Positions 1 to 8,465 of a stretch of DNA of 24,000 nucleotides are shown one piece after another. Both the position numbers and the translations under genes were made by a program. This DNA is from Actinospica sp. (lineage in GTDB: Bacteria; Actinomycetota; Actinomycetes; Streptomycetales; Catenulisporaceae), in contig NZ_DASZKT010000180.1 in NCBI RefSeq assembly GCF_035552695.1, positions 4,536 through 28,535 of the forward strand, read 5' to 3'. The notes below the pieces were generated by a model. It made no database searches, had not been told where the DNA came from, and was given only the letters and a program-made list of their open reading frames with translations. The first letter of the stretch is position 1; each line of letters opens with the position of its first letter.

Positions 1-117
1 GCGTTCGAAGATCGAACCGGGATCGGGGCCCATCGCCCCTCCGCTCGCCTTGTGGATGTCGATCGCTCCGCCCGGGACCAGCAGCACGGCGCGTCCGGCG
101 AGATTGGCGATCCGCAT
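1..117 (-). CDS. Fumarylacetoacetate hydrolase (FAH) family protein, N-terminal 39 codons only (gene continues off the left edge)
   Basis: The reverse strand starts at ATG (117-115) and reads MRIANLAGRAVLLVPGGAIDIHKASGGAMGPDPGSIFER. GGAGGAG (reverse complement of 121-127) lies just upstream. The N-terminus resembles actinobacterial FAH-family proteins from memory, but the fragment is too short for a firm family call. Confidence 0.5.
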   Translation of the reverse strand, partial: MRIANLAGRAVLLVPGGAIDIHKASGGAMGPDPGSIFER

Positions 118-345
118 GGGCTCCTCCTTGAGCGCGGTTGCCGTCATTCAACGGCGGGCAGGGTCGGCGGGCCATGGCCGAACGCACCAATTCCGGGCCG
201 CGCTTGGGCCGTTCGCGCAAAGCGGGCGGAGGAGGGCGAGGGAGGTGACGACCGGGTTTCCGACTACCTTGACGGCGACCGGGCACGCAGTACTGTGACG
301 GCAACAGCGTTCCCATAGTGGGAGCGATGTATCCGAATATGGACG

Positions 346-1488
346 GTGACTACCATGCGAGTGCGCAACGGTCGTCCCGCGGTGTGGTTCTCGGCCTGCG
401 CGGCCGCGGCCCTGGCTCTCCTGGGCGTCGCGCCCGGGTCGGCCGGTGCCGCCGCGCGGACCGTGAGCAAATCCGCGAGCGCCTGCACCAGCTCGATCGT
501 GCCCGGCCCCACGCAGAGCCCACCCACTGCCACCACTACGAGCACCGGCGGCGTACAGCTTCCCCAGGACGAGGCCGCGCACCAGGACCCCCAGGAATGG
601 TGGTACTTCAGCGGTCATCTCTGGGGAACGGACTCGGCGGGACACGTGCACTGCTACGGGTTCGAATACGTGACGTTCCAGTTCCTCGCCATCGCGCCGC
701 AACCGGTGTACTTCGGCGACTTCGCCGTCACCGATCTCACCAACGGCACGTTCCAGTACGCGGACCAGCAGGACTCGTACCCCGTACCCACCACGACCAA
801 CAGCTTCGCCCTGCACACCGGCGACTGGACCATGAGCGGAGGCTCCGGTTCGGACAAGCTGCACGCCGACATCCCGGGCTACACGCTCGACCTGAAACTG
901 CAGACGACGAAATCGGCCGCACTGCACGGCGACAACGGCGTCATCCCCTACGGGCCCCTGGGCACCTCCGACTACTACTCGTGGACGTCCCTGCTCTCCG
1001 GCGGGACGATCGTCGACCACGGCGTCACGGTGAACGTGGCCGGGATCTCCTGGATGGATCACCAGTGGGGCTCGTTCAACTTCGCCAGCGGCGCCGGGTG
1101 GGACTGGTTCGCCGTCCAGCTGACCAACGGGCAGCAGTACATGCTCTACTACATCCGCGACTCCACCGGCGCGATCGTGCAGACCCTCGGCACCCAGATC
1201 GGCGCCGGCGGAAAGACCACGAACCTGGACCCCTCGGCCCTCAGCGATACCCCGACGGGCTCGTGGACCAGTCCATCGACCGGCATCACCTACGGCTCAG
1301 GCTGGACGGTGAAGGTGCCGGGCGGCTCCCTGACCATCAGTCCGGACCAGGTCGACCAGGAGCTCAACCTGCTGTCCACGCAGGGCGTCGCCTACTGGGA
1401 GGGCGACGTGTCCGTCCACGGCACGGTCAACGGATCGTCGGTGTCAGGAGTCGGATACACCGAGATCAACCCGCCCGCCGGTCCCTGA
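346..1488 (+). CDS. Secreted lipocalin-like / AttH-CrtC (hydroxyneurosporene-synthase-like) domain protein
   Basis: 380-codon ORF with strong G/C third-position bias. It has a Sec-type signal peptide (MRVRNGRPAVWFSACAAAALALLGVAPGSAGA). The motifs QEWWYFSGHL and ISWMDHQWG are characteristic of the AttH/CrtC hydratase-like fold. The start is GTG 346 or ATG 355. Confidence 0.75.
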   Translation: MTTMRVRNGRPAVWFSACAAAALALLGVAPGSAGAAARTVSKSASACTSSIVPGPTQSPPTATTTSTGGVQLPQDEAAHQDPQEWWYFSGHLWGTDSAGHVHCYGFEYVTFQFLAIAPQPVYFGDFAVTDLTNGTFQYADQQDSYPVPTTTNSFALHTGDWTMSGGSGSDKLHADIPGYTLDLKLQTTKSAALHGDNGVIPYGPLGTSDYYSWTSLLSGGTIVDHGVTVNVAGISWMDHQWGSFNFASGAGWDWFAVQLTNGQQYMLYYIRDSTGAIVQTLGTQIGAGGKTTNLDPSALSDTPTGSWTSPSTGITYGSGWTVKVPGGSLTISPDQVDQELNLLSTQGVAYWEGDVSVHGTVNGSSVSGVGYTEINPPAGP

Positions 1489-1544
1489 ATCGGCTGACGC
1501 CCGGTCGGTCTTGCCCGCCCGGGCGCTGAAGAAGAATCCGTCGG

Positions 1545-1576
1545 CCGCGGCCCGACCCCACGGGCGGCGGCCGCGG
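1545..1576. terminator. GC-rich imperfect hairpin between convergent genes (candidate bidirectional terminator)
   Basis: CCGCGGCC (1545-1552) pairs with GGCCGCGG (1569-1576), with inner CCCG/CGGG pairing, followed by TCTTTC. A third GGCCGCGG copy sits at 1588-1595. The hairpin lies between stop 1488 (+) and stop 1599 (-). Confidence 0.3.
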
Positions 1577-1598
1577 TCTTTCGCCGAGGCCGCGGAGC

Positions 1599-2900
1599 TC
1601 ACCGCGCGGCGCGAGTCTCCTCTTCATCGCCGGGCGGAACGAGGCGGGCGATCTCCAGGGCGAGCCACAGCCTCATGGGGTCCTGCGCGACCGGACGGCC
1701 GAGGATCTCCTCGGCCCGCTGCAGCCGGTACTGCACGGTGTTGCGCGCGATGAAGAGCCTTCGGGCCGCCTCCCGCCCGCTCTGCCCGCAGCCCAGGTAG
1801 ACACGGAGGGTCTCCCGCAGCACGCTGATCCGCTCGCCGGGGGCCAGCAGCGCGCCGAGCGTCTCCTCGGCGTACCAGCGCGCGCGCTCGAGGTCGGAGG
1901 TGATCAGCGACAAGGTCCACACCTCGGTGTAGTCGCACAGCCAGCCGGGTCGGAGCGTGGCGGCGACGCGGCGGCATTCCAGTGCCCACCGCAGGCTCCG
2001 GCGCATCCCGGCGGGCCCGCGTTCGGCGGGACCGATCGAGACTCCGACGCCCTCGGGCGGACTCAACCGGGCTTTCAGGTCGGCCGCCAGCGTTGCCGGC
2101 GGCCGGCTCTCCCACCCCGCCCAGGCCCACAGCTCACCGGAATCCCCGGGCAGCACCAGGAACGAGTCGGCGCCGCACGCCCGGGCCAGTTCGTCGCAGA
2201 ACCGGTGCACGGTGGTGGAGCCGTACGGCGGGTTCTCGCGCCAGAGCACGAACGCGCGATGGCAGAGGTGGACGGGATAGCCGAGGATGCGTGACGCCTC
2301 CGCCGGCTCGATCGGTCGGTCCGCGAGGAGTTCGTCGACGACCTGTCGGCGGGTGACCTCCTGGTCGGCCCGCAGCCGGGCGCGTTCGGCGAGGTACTCC
2401 TCCGCGATCCGGCTGGCCTGCACGTCGGCGTAGGCGAACAGCAGCTCGCTGAGCCGGTGCGCCTCGCCGGTGCGAACCGCCTCGGGCTCACGGTCGACGA
2501 CGTCGGTCAGCGTGCGGTGCAGGAACGCGTGTCCGATCCGCACCCCGCGCAGCACGGCATCCAGCGGCACGCCGCGGCGCGCCAGATCGGCGGCGCCCTC
2601 GACCGCCGCCGCGGCGATCCCGTCGTCGGTCGGCGGCGTGTCCTGCAGCAGACCGCGCAGGCCGAGCAGAATCGACGCCTCAACCCCGCGGTGCAGCACC
2701 TCCACCTGCGCGGCGCCGCCACCGTGCTCGGGAACCTTCTCGACGATCTCCTCGGTCATCCGCGCCGCGGTCAGCACCGCCCATCCGACCGGGCCGGCGC
2801 CGAGCGACTTCGCGGCCTCCGCGACCAGTTCCGGGCACGACGACTCGGGGACATCGCCGTCGGCCGACAAGCCCAGCACCCAGCCCGCGTGTCCGGTCAC
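1599..2900 (-). CDS. PucR family transcriptional regulator
   Basis: 433-codon ORF. The C-terminal PucR-type HTH reads LRETLRVYLGCGQSGREAARRLFIARNTVQYRLQRAEEILGRPV. It is divergent from the GH2 gene. Confidence 0.85.
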   Translation of the reverse strand: MTGHAGWVLGLSADGDVPESSCPELVAEAAKSLGAGPVGWAVLTAARMTEEIVEKVPEHGGGAAQVEVLHRGVEASILLGLRGLLQDTPPTDDGIAAAAVEGAADLARRGVPLDAVLRGVRIGHAFLHRTLTDVVDREPEAVRTGEAHRLSELLFAYADVQASRIAEEYLAERARLRADQEVTRRQVVDELLADRPIEPAEASRILGYPVHLCHRAFVLWRENPPYGSTTVHRFCDELARACGADSFLVLPGDSGELWAWAGWESRPPATLAADLKARLSPPEGVGVSIGPAERGPAGMRRSLRWALECRRVAATLRPGWLCDYTEVWTLSLITSDLERARWYAEETLGALLAPGERISVLRETLRVYLGCGQSGREAARRLFIARNTVQYRLQRAEEILGRPVAQDPMRLWLALEIARLVPPGDEEETRAAR

Positions 2901-2971
2901 GGCCGATCGGCGCCCGGGAAGCGCAGGAGAAGCACGTCACGCGTCCTCTCGACGGTCACTGTGAAGATTCG

Positions 2972-2999
2972 ATGATATCGGTACTGGAACTTGTCTCAA
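2972..2999 (-). promoter_or_regulatory. Candidate sigma70-type promoter for the PucR-family gene
   Basis: The reverse strand reads TTGAGA (2999-2994), a 16-nt spacer, then TATCAT (2977-2972). It sits inside the only AT-rich patch (about 2960-3020) of the divergent intergenic region, roughly 65 nt upstream of the ATG at 2900. Confidence 0.35.
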
Positions 3000-3136
3000 C
3001 TCTTGACTTCAGCATAGGTGCGGCAGAAGGGTGTGGGCGGCACCCGCTTGGATCGGCGCGAATCTGACGCTCTGTCAGGGTGCCTCGACCACGCACGTCC
3101 CACGCAGCGTGCACAGCGTCCAATGGCGGAGGCGAG

Positions 3137-6100
3137 ATGATGTCGGACCCGACGCGTCGCAGGGTACTCATGAGCGGAGCCGGTGCGCTCGCGCTGGCCG
3201 CGCTGCCGCGGTCCGCGGGCGCGGCGACGGCGCCGCAATCCCCGCCGCCCAACGGCACCGTGCTCGCCTCGCTCAACGGCACCTGGGATTTCCTGCCCGC
3301 CACCGGGACGCCGAGCACGCCGCCCGCGGGCGGCACCTGGGCGTCCATTCCGGTGCCCGCCGAGTGGAACATGACCTCCGGCGACTTCGCCACGGCCTGG
3401 GACGGCTACGACCTGTTCGAGACCCCGGCGGCCTGGGACAGCGTGGACGTCGCCTGGTACCGGCGTACCGTCACCGTGCCGACGCGGCAGCAGGGCAGCC
3501 GGATCGTGCTGCGCTTCGGGGCCGTGAACTTCGAGGCCACCGTGTTCTGGAACGGCACGCAGGTGACGAAGCACTCCGGCGGCCTGCTCCCGTTCGAGGC
3601 CGACGTCACCGACCTGGTCGCCTGGGGCGGCGAGAACACGGTGCACGTGCTGGTCCGCTCCGGCAAGGTCGCGGCGCGCCAGTCCGACGGCTGGCACTAC
3701 CCGAACGGCTCCTGGTGGGGTCAGACCTGCTGGGGCATCTGGCAGGACGTCTGGCTGCTGACCCGGTCGGCCGCGTATGTCCAGGACACTTTCGTGACCG
3801 CGTCGGTGACGAACGGTCAGATCTCCGTCGTCACCACCCTCGCGAACGACGGCGCCACGCCGGCGACGGTCTGGGTCGAGCACGAAGTCACCGACGGCGG
3901 CAGCACCGAACTGCGCTCCGTCGGCCAGGCGGCGTCGGTGCCGGCGGGCGGCACCGCCACGGTGACTTTTGCGCAGAAGTGGACGAACCCGCGTCTGTGG
4001 GGGCCGGAGGACCCGCACCTCTACCAGCTCACCGCCACCGTCCGGCCGGCCCGGAACCAGCCGGTGGCCGACAGTTCGAGCGTGCGCTTCGGTTTCCGCG
4101 AGATCAGTACACAGGGCACTGACATTCTGCTCAACGGCCGACCGGTGATGCTGCACGGCGACGCCTGGCACTACATGGGCTCGATCGAGAACAGCCGCGC
4201 CTACGCCACGGCCTGGTTCACCATGGTCAAGGCGCTGGGCGTCAACTATCTGAGACTGCACGCCATGCCGTACCCGCCGGTGTTCTACGACGTGGCGGAC
4301 GAGCTCGGCCTGCTCCTCGTCGCCGAGTCCGGCATCTACGGCTCCTCCGGCAACTACGCGCTGAGCGCCGACGACTTCTGGGCGAACTGCGCCGAGCACC
4401 TCACGGCCCGCGTGCTGCGCGACCGGAACCATCCCTCGGTGTTCGCGTGGTCCGCGGAGAACGAGATGCTCGCCGCGTTCGGGCAGAGCTGGTCGGCGAA
4501 GGTGGCCGCGCTCAAGCCGATCGTCAGTGCGCTGGATCCGACGCGCCCCGTCTACTTCGAGGGCGACCAGGACCCGCAGTCCGCGGGCGACCTGGAGAGC
4601 ACGCACTATCCGCTGGAGATCACCACCGGGAGCACGGCCATACCCGAGTCGGCGTACGCGCTGGCGCCCGGCCAGCCGCGCGCGAACTTCTGGGACCGGA
4701 AGAAGCCGATGCTGATCGGCGAGTTCAGCTCCATGTACTACGCGACGCCCTCGCAGGTGAGCGCGGTGGGCGGACCGGCGGCCTATGCCGACCTGGACGG
4801 CCTGTGGTCGGCGCACGCGCTGATCGTCGGCGCGCAGATCGAGGGCCTCCGGTATGCGGGCGTCACCGGGCTCTCGCCCTGGAACACCGTCTGGTACGGC
4901 ATGCGCCAACTGCCCTTCGACCCTTCGAAGGAGTCGCTCCCGCTGCCGGGGTCCACCGGGCCGGCGCTGCGTCAGGTGGGGCGCTGGGCCGCGACGCTCA
5001 ACCCGGGCTTCGAGCACGATCTGCCTGAATGGGACCCGAACCCCATCCACGACGCGGTGGCCCGGACCATGCCGCCGACCGCGGCACTGGCCACCGATTA
5101 CCGGACCCACTTCTTCGGCGGCGCCGCGCTGACTCGCACCTACGCCGTCTACGACGAGGTCGGCACGCAGCGCACCATCTCCGTGTCCTGGACGCTGCGG
5201 CTCGAGGGCGAGCCGTCCCGCATCGGCTCGCAGCAGGTGAGCGTGCCCCCGGACGGCAAAGTGGATGTCACCTTCGAGATCGCGCTGCCGACGGTCCCCC
5301 GCACCACCGTCGGCAGCCTGACCATCGACATCGACGCCCACGGTGATCCGCAGTACAGCCATGAAGCGCCGATCACCGTCTATCCCCGCTCGGTCGCCGC
5401 GCGCACCTCCACGACAACGCTGTCAGCGGCGGTGCTGGAGACCGGCGGCTCGACCGCGACCAGCAGCGCCCTGGCCTCCCTGGGCGTGACCGTTCGCACG
5501 ATCCCCGATCTGTCGAGCCTGCCGACCGGCGGCGAGCTGCTGGTGTTCGGCGAGGGCGCCGACGTCACCGCCACGACTGACGAGGTGACAGCGCTGATCG
5601 CGTTCGTGAAGGGCGGTGGCAGGGTGCTGAGCATGGCGCAGCAGACGCTGCCGCAACTGCTGCCCTGGCCCGTGCTGCTCGCCACCTCGCCGCAGACCAT
5701 CGCGCACGTGGTCGCCCCGCATCACCCGGTGCTCGCGGGCGTCGGCGCGCAGGACCTGCGCTGGTGGAACACCGCCTCCGAGCAGGTCGTGCAGGCCGGC
5801 ATGGTCAAGCCGCGGTACGGCGCCTTCACCTCGCTCGCCGACATCGGTCCCGGCCTCGCCTCCAGCGCCCTGGCCGAGGTGCCTTACGGATCCGGCACGT
5901 ATCTGCTGTGCCAGTTCCCGGTCGTCGCCGCGGCGGCCGACGAGCCGATCGCCGCGATCCTGCTGCGCAACCTGCTCGACTACCTCGCCGCCCGGCCCGC
6001 GGCGCCGGGCGCGACGATCGGCGTGGTCAGCGCGTCCGGCTCCCCGGCCGCCGCGACACTGGCGGCCGCGGCGGTGGACACCACGCCGGTGACCGCGCTC

Positions 6101-7099
6101 GACCAGAGCACGCTCTCCGAGCTGACGGCGATACTGGTCGACGCCTCCTCCGCCGAGGCCGTCAGCCTGGTCACCGGGCAGGCCGCGGCGGTGAACTCCT
6201 GGGTCGCGGGCGGCGGCACGCTCTGGATCAACGGGCTCGCCCCGGCCACGCTCTCGTCCCTCGGCGCGGTGCTCCCGACAGGACTCACCCTGAACACCCT
6301 CGACGCCGAGCACCAGTTCGGCGCGGTCACCACCGGCGAATCAGCTCTCGCCGACGGTCTCACCAATGCCGACCTGGACTGGCTCGGCGCGGCCACCGCC
6401 CTGGTCTCCGCGACCGTCTCGGGCGGCGGCGGCACCTCGGCGCTGGCGAGCCGCGGTGTCGACTGGACGGCCTTCACCAAGGGCGTCGAACAGAACAAGT
6501 ACCAGATCGCGGCCGAGAGCGCCCGCGGCTTCACCCCGACCAGCGTGCTCTGGGAGACGGCGGTCGGCTCCGGGCGGGTGGTGATCGACCAGCTGGGCTG
6601 GGCCGTCGCCACACCGCTGCCCGCGCAGACCGCGCTGGCCGCCGGTATCGCCGCCGGGCTCGGCGTCGGATTCACCGCGGGCTCCGGCTCGGGACTGATC
6701 CCCACCGCCGGTTGGGTTGGATTCGCCAGTCCCAACAACGGCGACGCGCCGCTGGCATACGACCGGAACGAGTCCACGCGCTGGTCCAGCAACACGTTCC
6801 AGACGCCGGGCATGTATTTCGGCCTCGACATGGGCGCCACGCACACGCTGACCCGGATCATCTGGGATTCCGCGCTCTCCGCCGGCGACCTGCCGCGCGG
6901 GCTCGACATCCAGACGTCCGCCGACGGCAGCACGTATGCCACCGTGCTGAGCATTCCCGACACCTCGACGCTGAGCAACGCCGGCGTGATCACGATCCCG
7001 CTGCAGTCGGTGACGACCCGCTACCTGAAGATGGTCGACACCGGCTCGGCCTCCGGAAACTACCTGTCCCTGCACGAGCTCTACCTCTTCGGCCAGTAG
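3137..7099 (+). CDS. Tat-exported glycoside hydrolase family 2 protein with C-terminal F5/8 type C (discoidin/CBM32) domain
   Basis: The start is chosen at ATG 3137, with GGCGGAGG 5-11 nt upstream. It gives a twin-arginine signal, MMSDPTRRRVLMSGAGALALAALPRSAGA. The GH2 sugar-binding domain reads VLRFGAVNFEATVFWNGTQVTKHSGGLLPFEADVTDL. The TIM barrel carries RDRNHPSVFAWSAENE (acid/base) and MLIGEFSS (nucleophile region). The C-terminal discoidin signature is AYDRNESTRWSS...TRYLKMV...LSLHELYLFGQ. The track ORF begins at 3080, but the first 19 codons lack signal-peptide character. Confidence 0.9.
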   Translation: MMSDPTRRRVLMSGAGALALAALPRSAGAATAPQSPPPNGTVLASLNGTWDFLPATGTPSTPPAGGTWASIPVPAEWNMTSGDFATAWDGYDLFETPAAWDSVDVAWYRRTVTVPTRQQGSRIVLRFGAVNFEATVFWNGTQVTKHSGGLLPFEADVTDLVAWGGENTVHVLVRSGKVAARQSDGWHYPNGSWWGQTCWGIWQDVWLLTRSAAYVQDTFVTASVTNGQISVVTTLANDGATPATVWVEHEVTDGGSTELRSVGQAASVPAGGTATVTFAQKWTNPRLWGPEDPHLYQLTATVRPARNQPVADSSSVRFGFREISTQGTDILLNGRPVMLHGDAWHYMGSIENSRAYATAWFTMVKALGVNYLRLHAMPYPPVFYDVADELGLLLVAESGIYGSSGNYALSADDFWANCAEHLTARVLRDRNHPSVFAWSAENEMLAAFGQSWSAKVAALKPIVSALDPTRPVYFEGDQDPQSAGDLESTHYPLEITTGSTAIPESAYALAPGQPRANFWDRKKPMLIGEFSSMYYATPSQVSAVGGPAAYADLDGLWSAHALIVGAQIEGLRYAGVTGLSPWNTVWYGMRQLPFDPSKESLPLPGSTGPALRQVGRWAATLNPGFEHDLPEWDPNPIHDAVARTMPPTAALATDYRTHFFGGAALTRTYAVYDEVGTQRTISVSWTLRLEGEPSRIGSQQVSVPPDGKVDVTFEIALPTVPRTTVGSLTIDIDAHGDPQYSHEAPITVYPRSVAARTSTTTLSAAVLETGGSTATSSALASLGVTVRTIPDLSSLPTGGELLVFGEGADVTATTDEVTALIAFVKGGGRVLSMAQQTLPQLLPWPVLLATSPQTIAHVVAPHHPVLAGVGAQDLRWWNTASEQVVQAGMVKPRYGAFTSLADIGPGLASSALAEVPYGSGTYLLCQFPVVAAAADEPIAAILLRNLLDYLAARPAAPGATIGVVSASGSPAAATLAAAAVDTTPVTALDQSTLSELTAILVDASSAEAVSLVTGQAAAVNSWVAGGGTLWINGLAPATLSSLGAVLPTGLTLNTLDAEHQFGAVTTGESALADGLTNADLDWLGAATALVSATVSGGGGTSALASRGVDWTAFTKGVEQNKYQIAAESARGFTPTSVLWETAVGSGRVVIDQLGWAVATPLPAQTALAAGIAAGLGVGFTAGSGSGLIPTAGWVGFASPNNGDAPLAYDRNESTRWSSNTFQTPGMYFGLDMGATHTLTRIIWDSALSAGDLPRGLDIQTSADGSTYATVLSIPDTSTLSNAGVITIPLQSVTTRYLKMVDTGSASGNYLSLHELYLFGQ

Positions 7100-7163
7100 G
7101 CCGCGGACCCACCACCGGCGTTTCGGCTTCAACCCACGAAGAACGCGACGCGATGCGCCGGAG

Positions 7164-7195
7164 ATCCGCAATCCGCAAGATCCGCGATCCGCAAG
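7164..7195. repeat. Tandem 16-nt direct repeat (2 units, 1 mismatch) built from four ATCCGC hexamers
   Basis: ATCCGCAATCCGCAAG (7164-7179) is followed directly by ATCCGCGATCCGCAAG (7180-7195). The repeat lies immediately upstream of GAAGGAAG and the ATG at 7210. Confidence 0.8.
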
Positions 7196-7209
7196 AAGGA
7201 AGTACCGTA

Positions 7210-7830
7210 ATGCCCACACCCGCACCGACGCCCGCACCCGCAGCTGAGCCCGGCGCGGGAAGCGCAGAAACCTGATATTCGTGGCGGCCGTGCCGCTGGC
7301 CGGCGTCGTCGCGGCCGTGTCCTTCGGCGCGCAGAGCGCCGACGCGGCGCCGAGCGCTGTCACCGTCACCGGCGGCTCCGTGCTCTCGCACCGCTCGTCC
7401 AGCCAGACCGGGGCGCTCGGGTGACCTTCGGCTTCGAGACCAACACGCTGGCCGGCGGCCCGTACACGACCAGAGCAACCAGATCTACAACCTCCCCATG
7501 TACGAGGCGTCGACCAGCACGACCGCCCAGTTCTGGCTCAACTACGTCGAGGAGCTGGTCTCCGCGGGAGTCACTTCGTCGCCGTCGACACCCGCGGCTA
7601 CGTCCCCGGCTCCGCCGTGCCGAACGAGGGCGGCGACCCGCGCGAGCTGACCCAGCTCGTCGCCGCGATCAACCAGGCCGGCGATGCCGGGAAGCTCAAG
7701 ATCGCCGCCTTCGACGACACTCCCGCGTCGATGACCGACAAGAAGAACCAGATCAAACACGGCACCGGCGGGTACTCGCCGACCTTCGAGATCAGCGACA
7801 AGACCGGGGCGGGCGAGGGCGGCTACCAGT
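7210..7830 (+). pseudogene. Decayed, 3'-truncated gene for a secreted protein (possibly glycoside-hydrolase-like; family not recognised with confidence)
   Basis: The reading frame changes at least four times. From ATG 7210 the first frame ends at stop 7275. The signal peptide RGKRRNLIFVAAVPLAGVVAAVSFGAQSADA follows in a second frame and ends at TGA 7422-7424. VTFGFETNTLAGGP is in a third frame. NQIYNLPMYEASTSTTAQFWLNYVEELVSAGV (from 7477) is again in the first frame. HFVAVDTRGYVPGSAVPNEGGDPRELTQLVAAINQAGDAGKLKIAAFDD...GEGGY (from 7572) returns to the signal-peptide frame. Protein-like sequence stops near 7830. Confidence 0.6.
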
Positions 7831-7974
7831 CAGCTCCACTCCATCCTCCAGGACGTCCTCGCGGGACCGCACCTGCGCGACGACTGCGCCTAGAAAGTAC
7901 CGCCGACAGGACGGCGTGCTCGCCGCCACTGCCGGATCACCTAGAGCTTCGGCGTCCCGGATGCCTGACCATGC

Positions 7975-8310
7975 TCAGCGCCCGCGCGGGGCGTACATGA
8001 TCACGCCCATTCCCGCTAGGCAGATCAGTGCCCCGATCAGGTCGAAACGGTCGGGACGGTAGCCGTCGGCGAGCCAGCCCCAGAGCAGCGAACCGGCGAC
8101 GAAGACGCCTCCGTAGGCGGCGAGAATGCGGCCGAAGTCGGCGGACGGCTGGAGCGTGGCGACGAAGCCGTATGTGCCGAGGGCGAGGATCCCGCCGGCG
8201 ATCCACATCCAGCCGCGGTGTTCGCGCACCCCCTGCCAGACCAGCCAGGCGCCGCCGATCTCGAAGAGCGCGGCGAGGACGAACAACGCGAGGGAGCGCA
8301 CGGGGATCAC
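7975..8310 (-). CDS. ynfA: YnfA family (UPF0060) small inner-membrane protein
   Basis: 111 codons from GTG 8310: [55 protein letters not shown]...[47 protein letters not shown]. This is collinear with E. coli YnfA (about 108 aa, four TM helices). The track's longer 152-aa version adds a non-membrane leader, which I discount. Confidence 0.85.
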   Translation of the reverse strand: MIPVRSLALFVLAALFEIGGAWLVWQGVREHRGWMWIAGGILALGTYGFVATLQPSADFGRILAAYGGVFVAGSLLWGWLADGYRPDRFDLIGALICLAGMGVIMYAPRGR

Positions 8311-8465
8311 GGGTCGATGCTCGCGGGAGCGGGGAGCGTTGTCGAGGTGGCGCACCAAGATGTAACACCCGTCGGTGGGAGGTAATGCGTAGGCAATAGT
8401 GGTGCGGTCTACTGTGGTGCAACATAGATTCATGTCGGTGAACCTCTTGCGTGTGGGAGCCGCCC

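Noticed and set aside
148-1529. ORFs 148-1062 (-) and 318-1529 (+) overlapping the AttH-like gene
   Set aside because: They are alternative or antisense frames of a gene with a clear signal peptide and conserved motifs, and they have no features of their own.
3003-3019. Plus-strand promoter for the GH2 gene (TTGACT at 3003-3008, or TTGTCT-N17-ATAGGT)
   Set aside because: TTGACT has no -10 hexamer at a workable spacing, and ATAGGT/TAGGTG fits the -10 consensus poorly. I left it unannotated.
2996-5362. 788-aa ORF on the minus strand
   Set aside because: It is entirely antisense to the motif-rich GH2 gene. The translation is Arg/Gly/Pro/Ala-rich low-complexity sequence with no recognisable motifs. 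This is a typical high-GC shadow ORF.
7164-7195. Possible CRISPR or minisatellite
   Set aside because: There are only two 16-nt units with no spacers, and no cas genes in the window. I report it only as a short tandem repeat.
5764-7275. 503-aa alternative-frame ORF, plus the other ORFs at 5423-6313, 5980-6993 and 6341-7369
   Set aside because: All lie inside or antisense to the GH2 coding frame and translate to Arg/Pro/Gly-rich sequence. Only the last 22 codons (from ATG 7210) may be relevant, as the broken start of the downstream relic.
8311-8400. Riboswitch (for example guanidine-II/III type, since YnfA is distantly SMR-like) in the ynfA leader
   Set aside because: There is only one small hairpin (CACC-GACG-GGTG on the minus strand, about 8366-8378). 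It lacks the G-ACGR-C loop context and there is no second hairpin. No conserved guanidine-III sequence was seen either.
8414-8445. 7-mers GGTGCAA and GTGAACC shared between the GS-like upstream region and the permease upstream region (14690-14706)
   Set aside because: A rough expectation for shared 7-mers between two regions of about 160 bp on both strands is a few by chance. The order and spacing also differ, so I do not treat this as a common operator.
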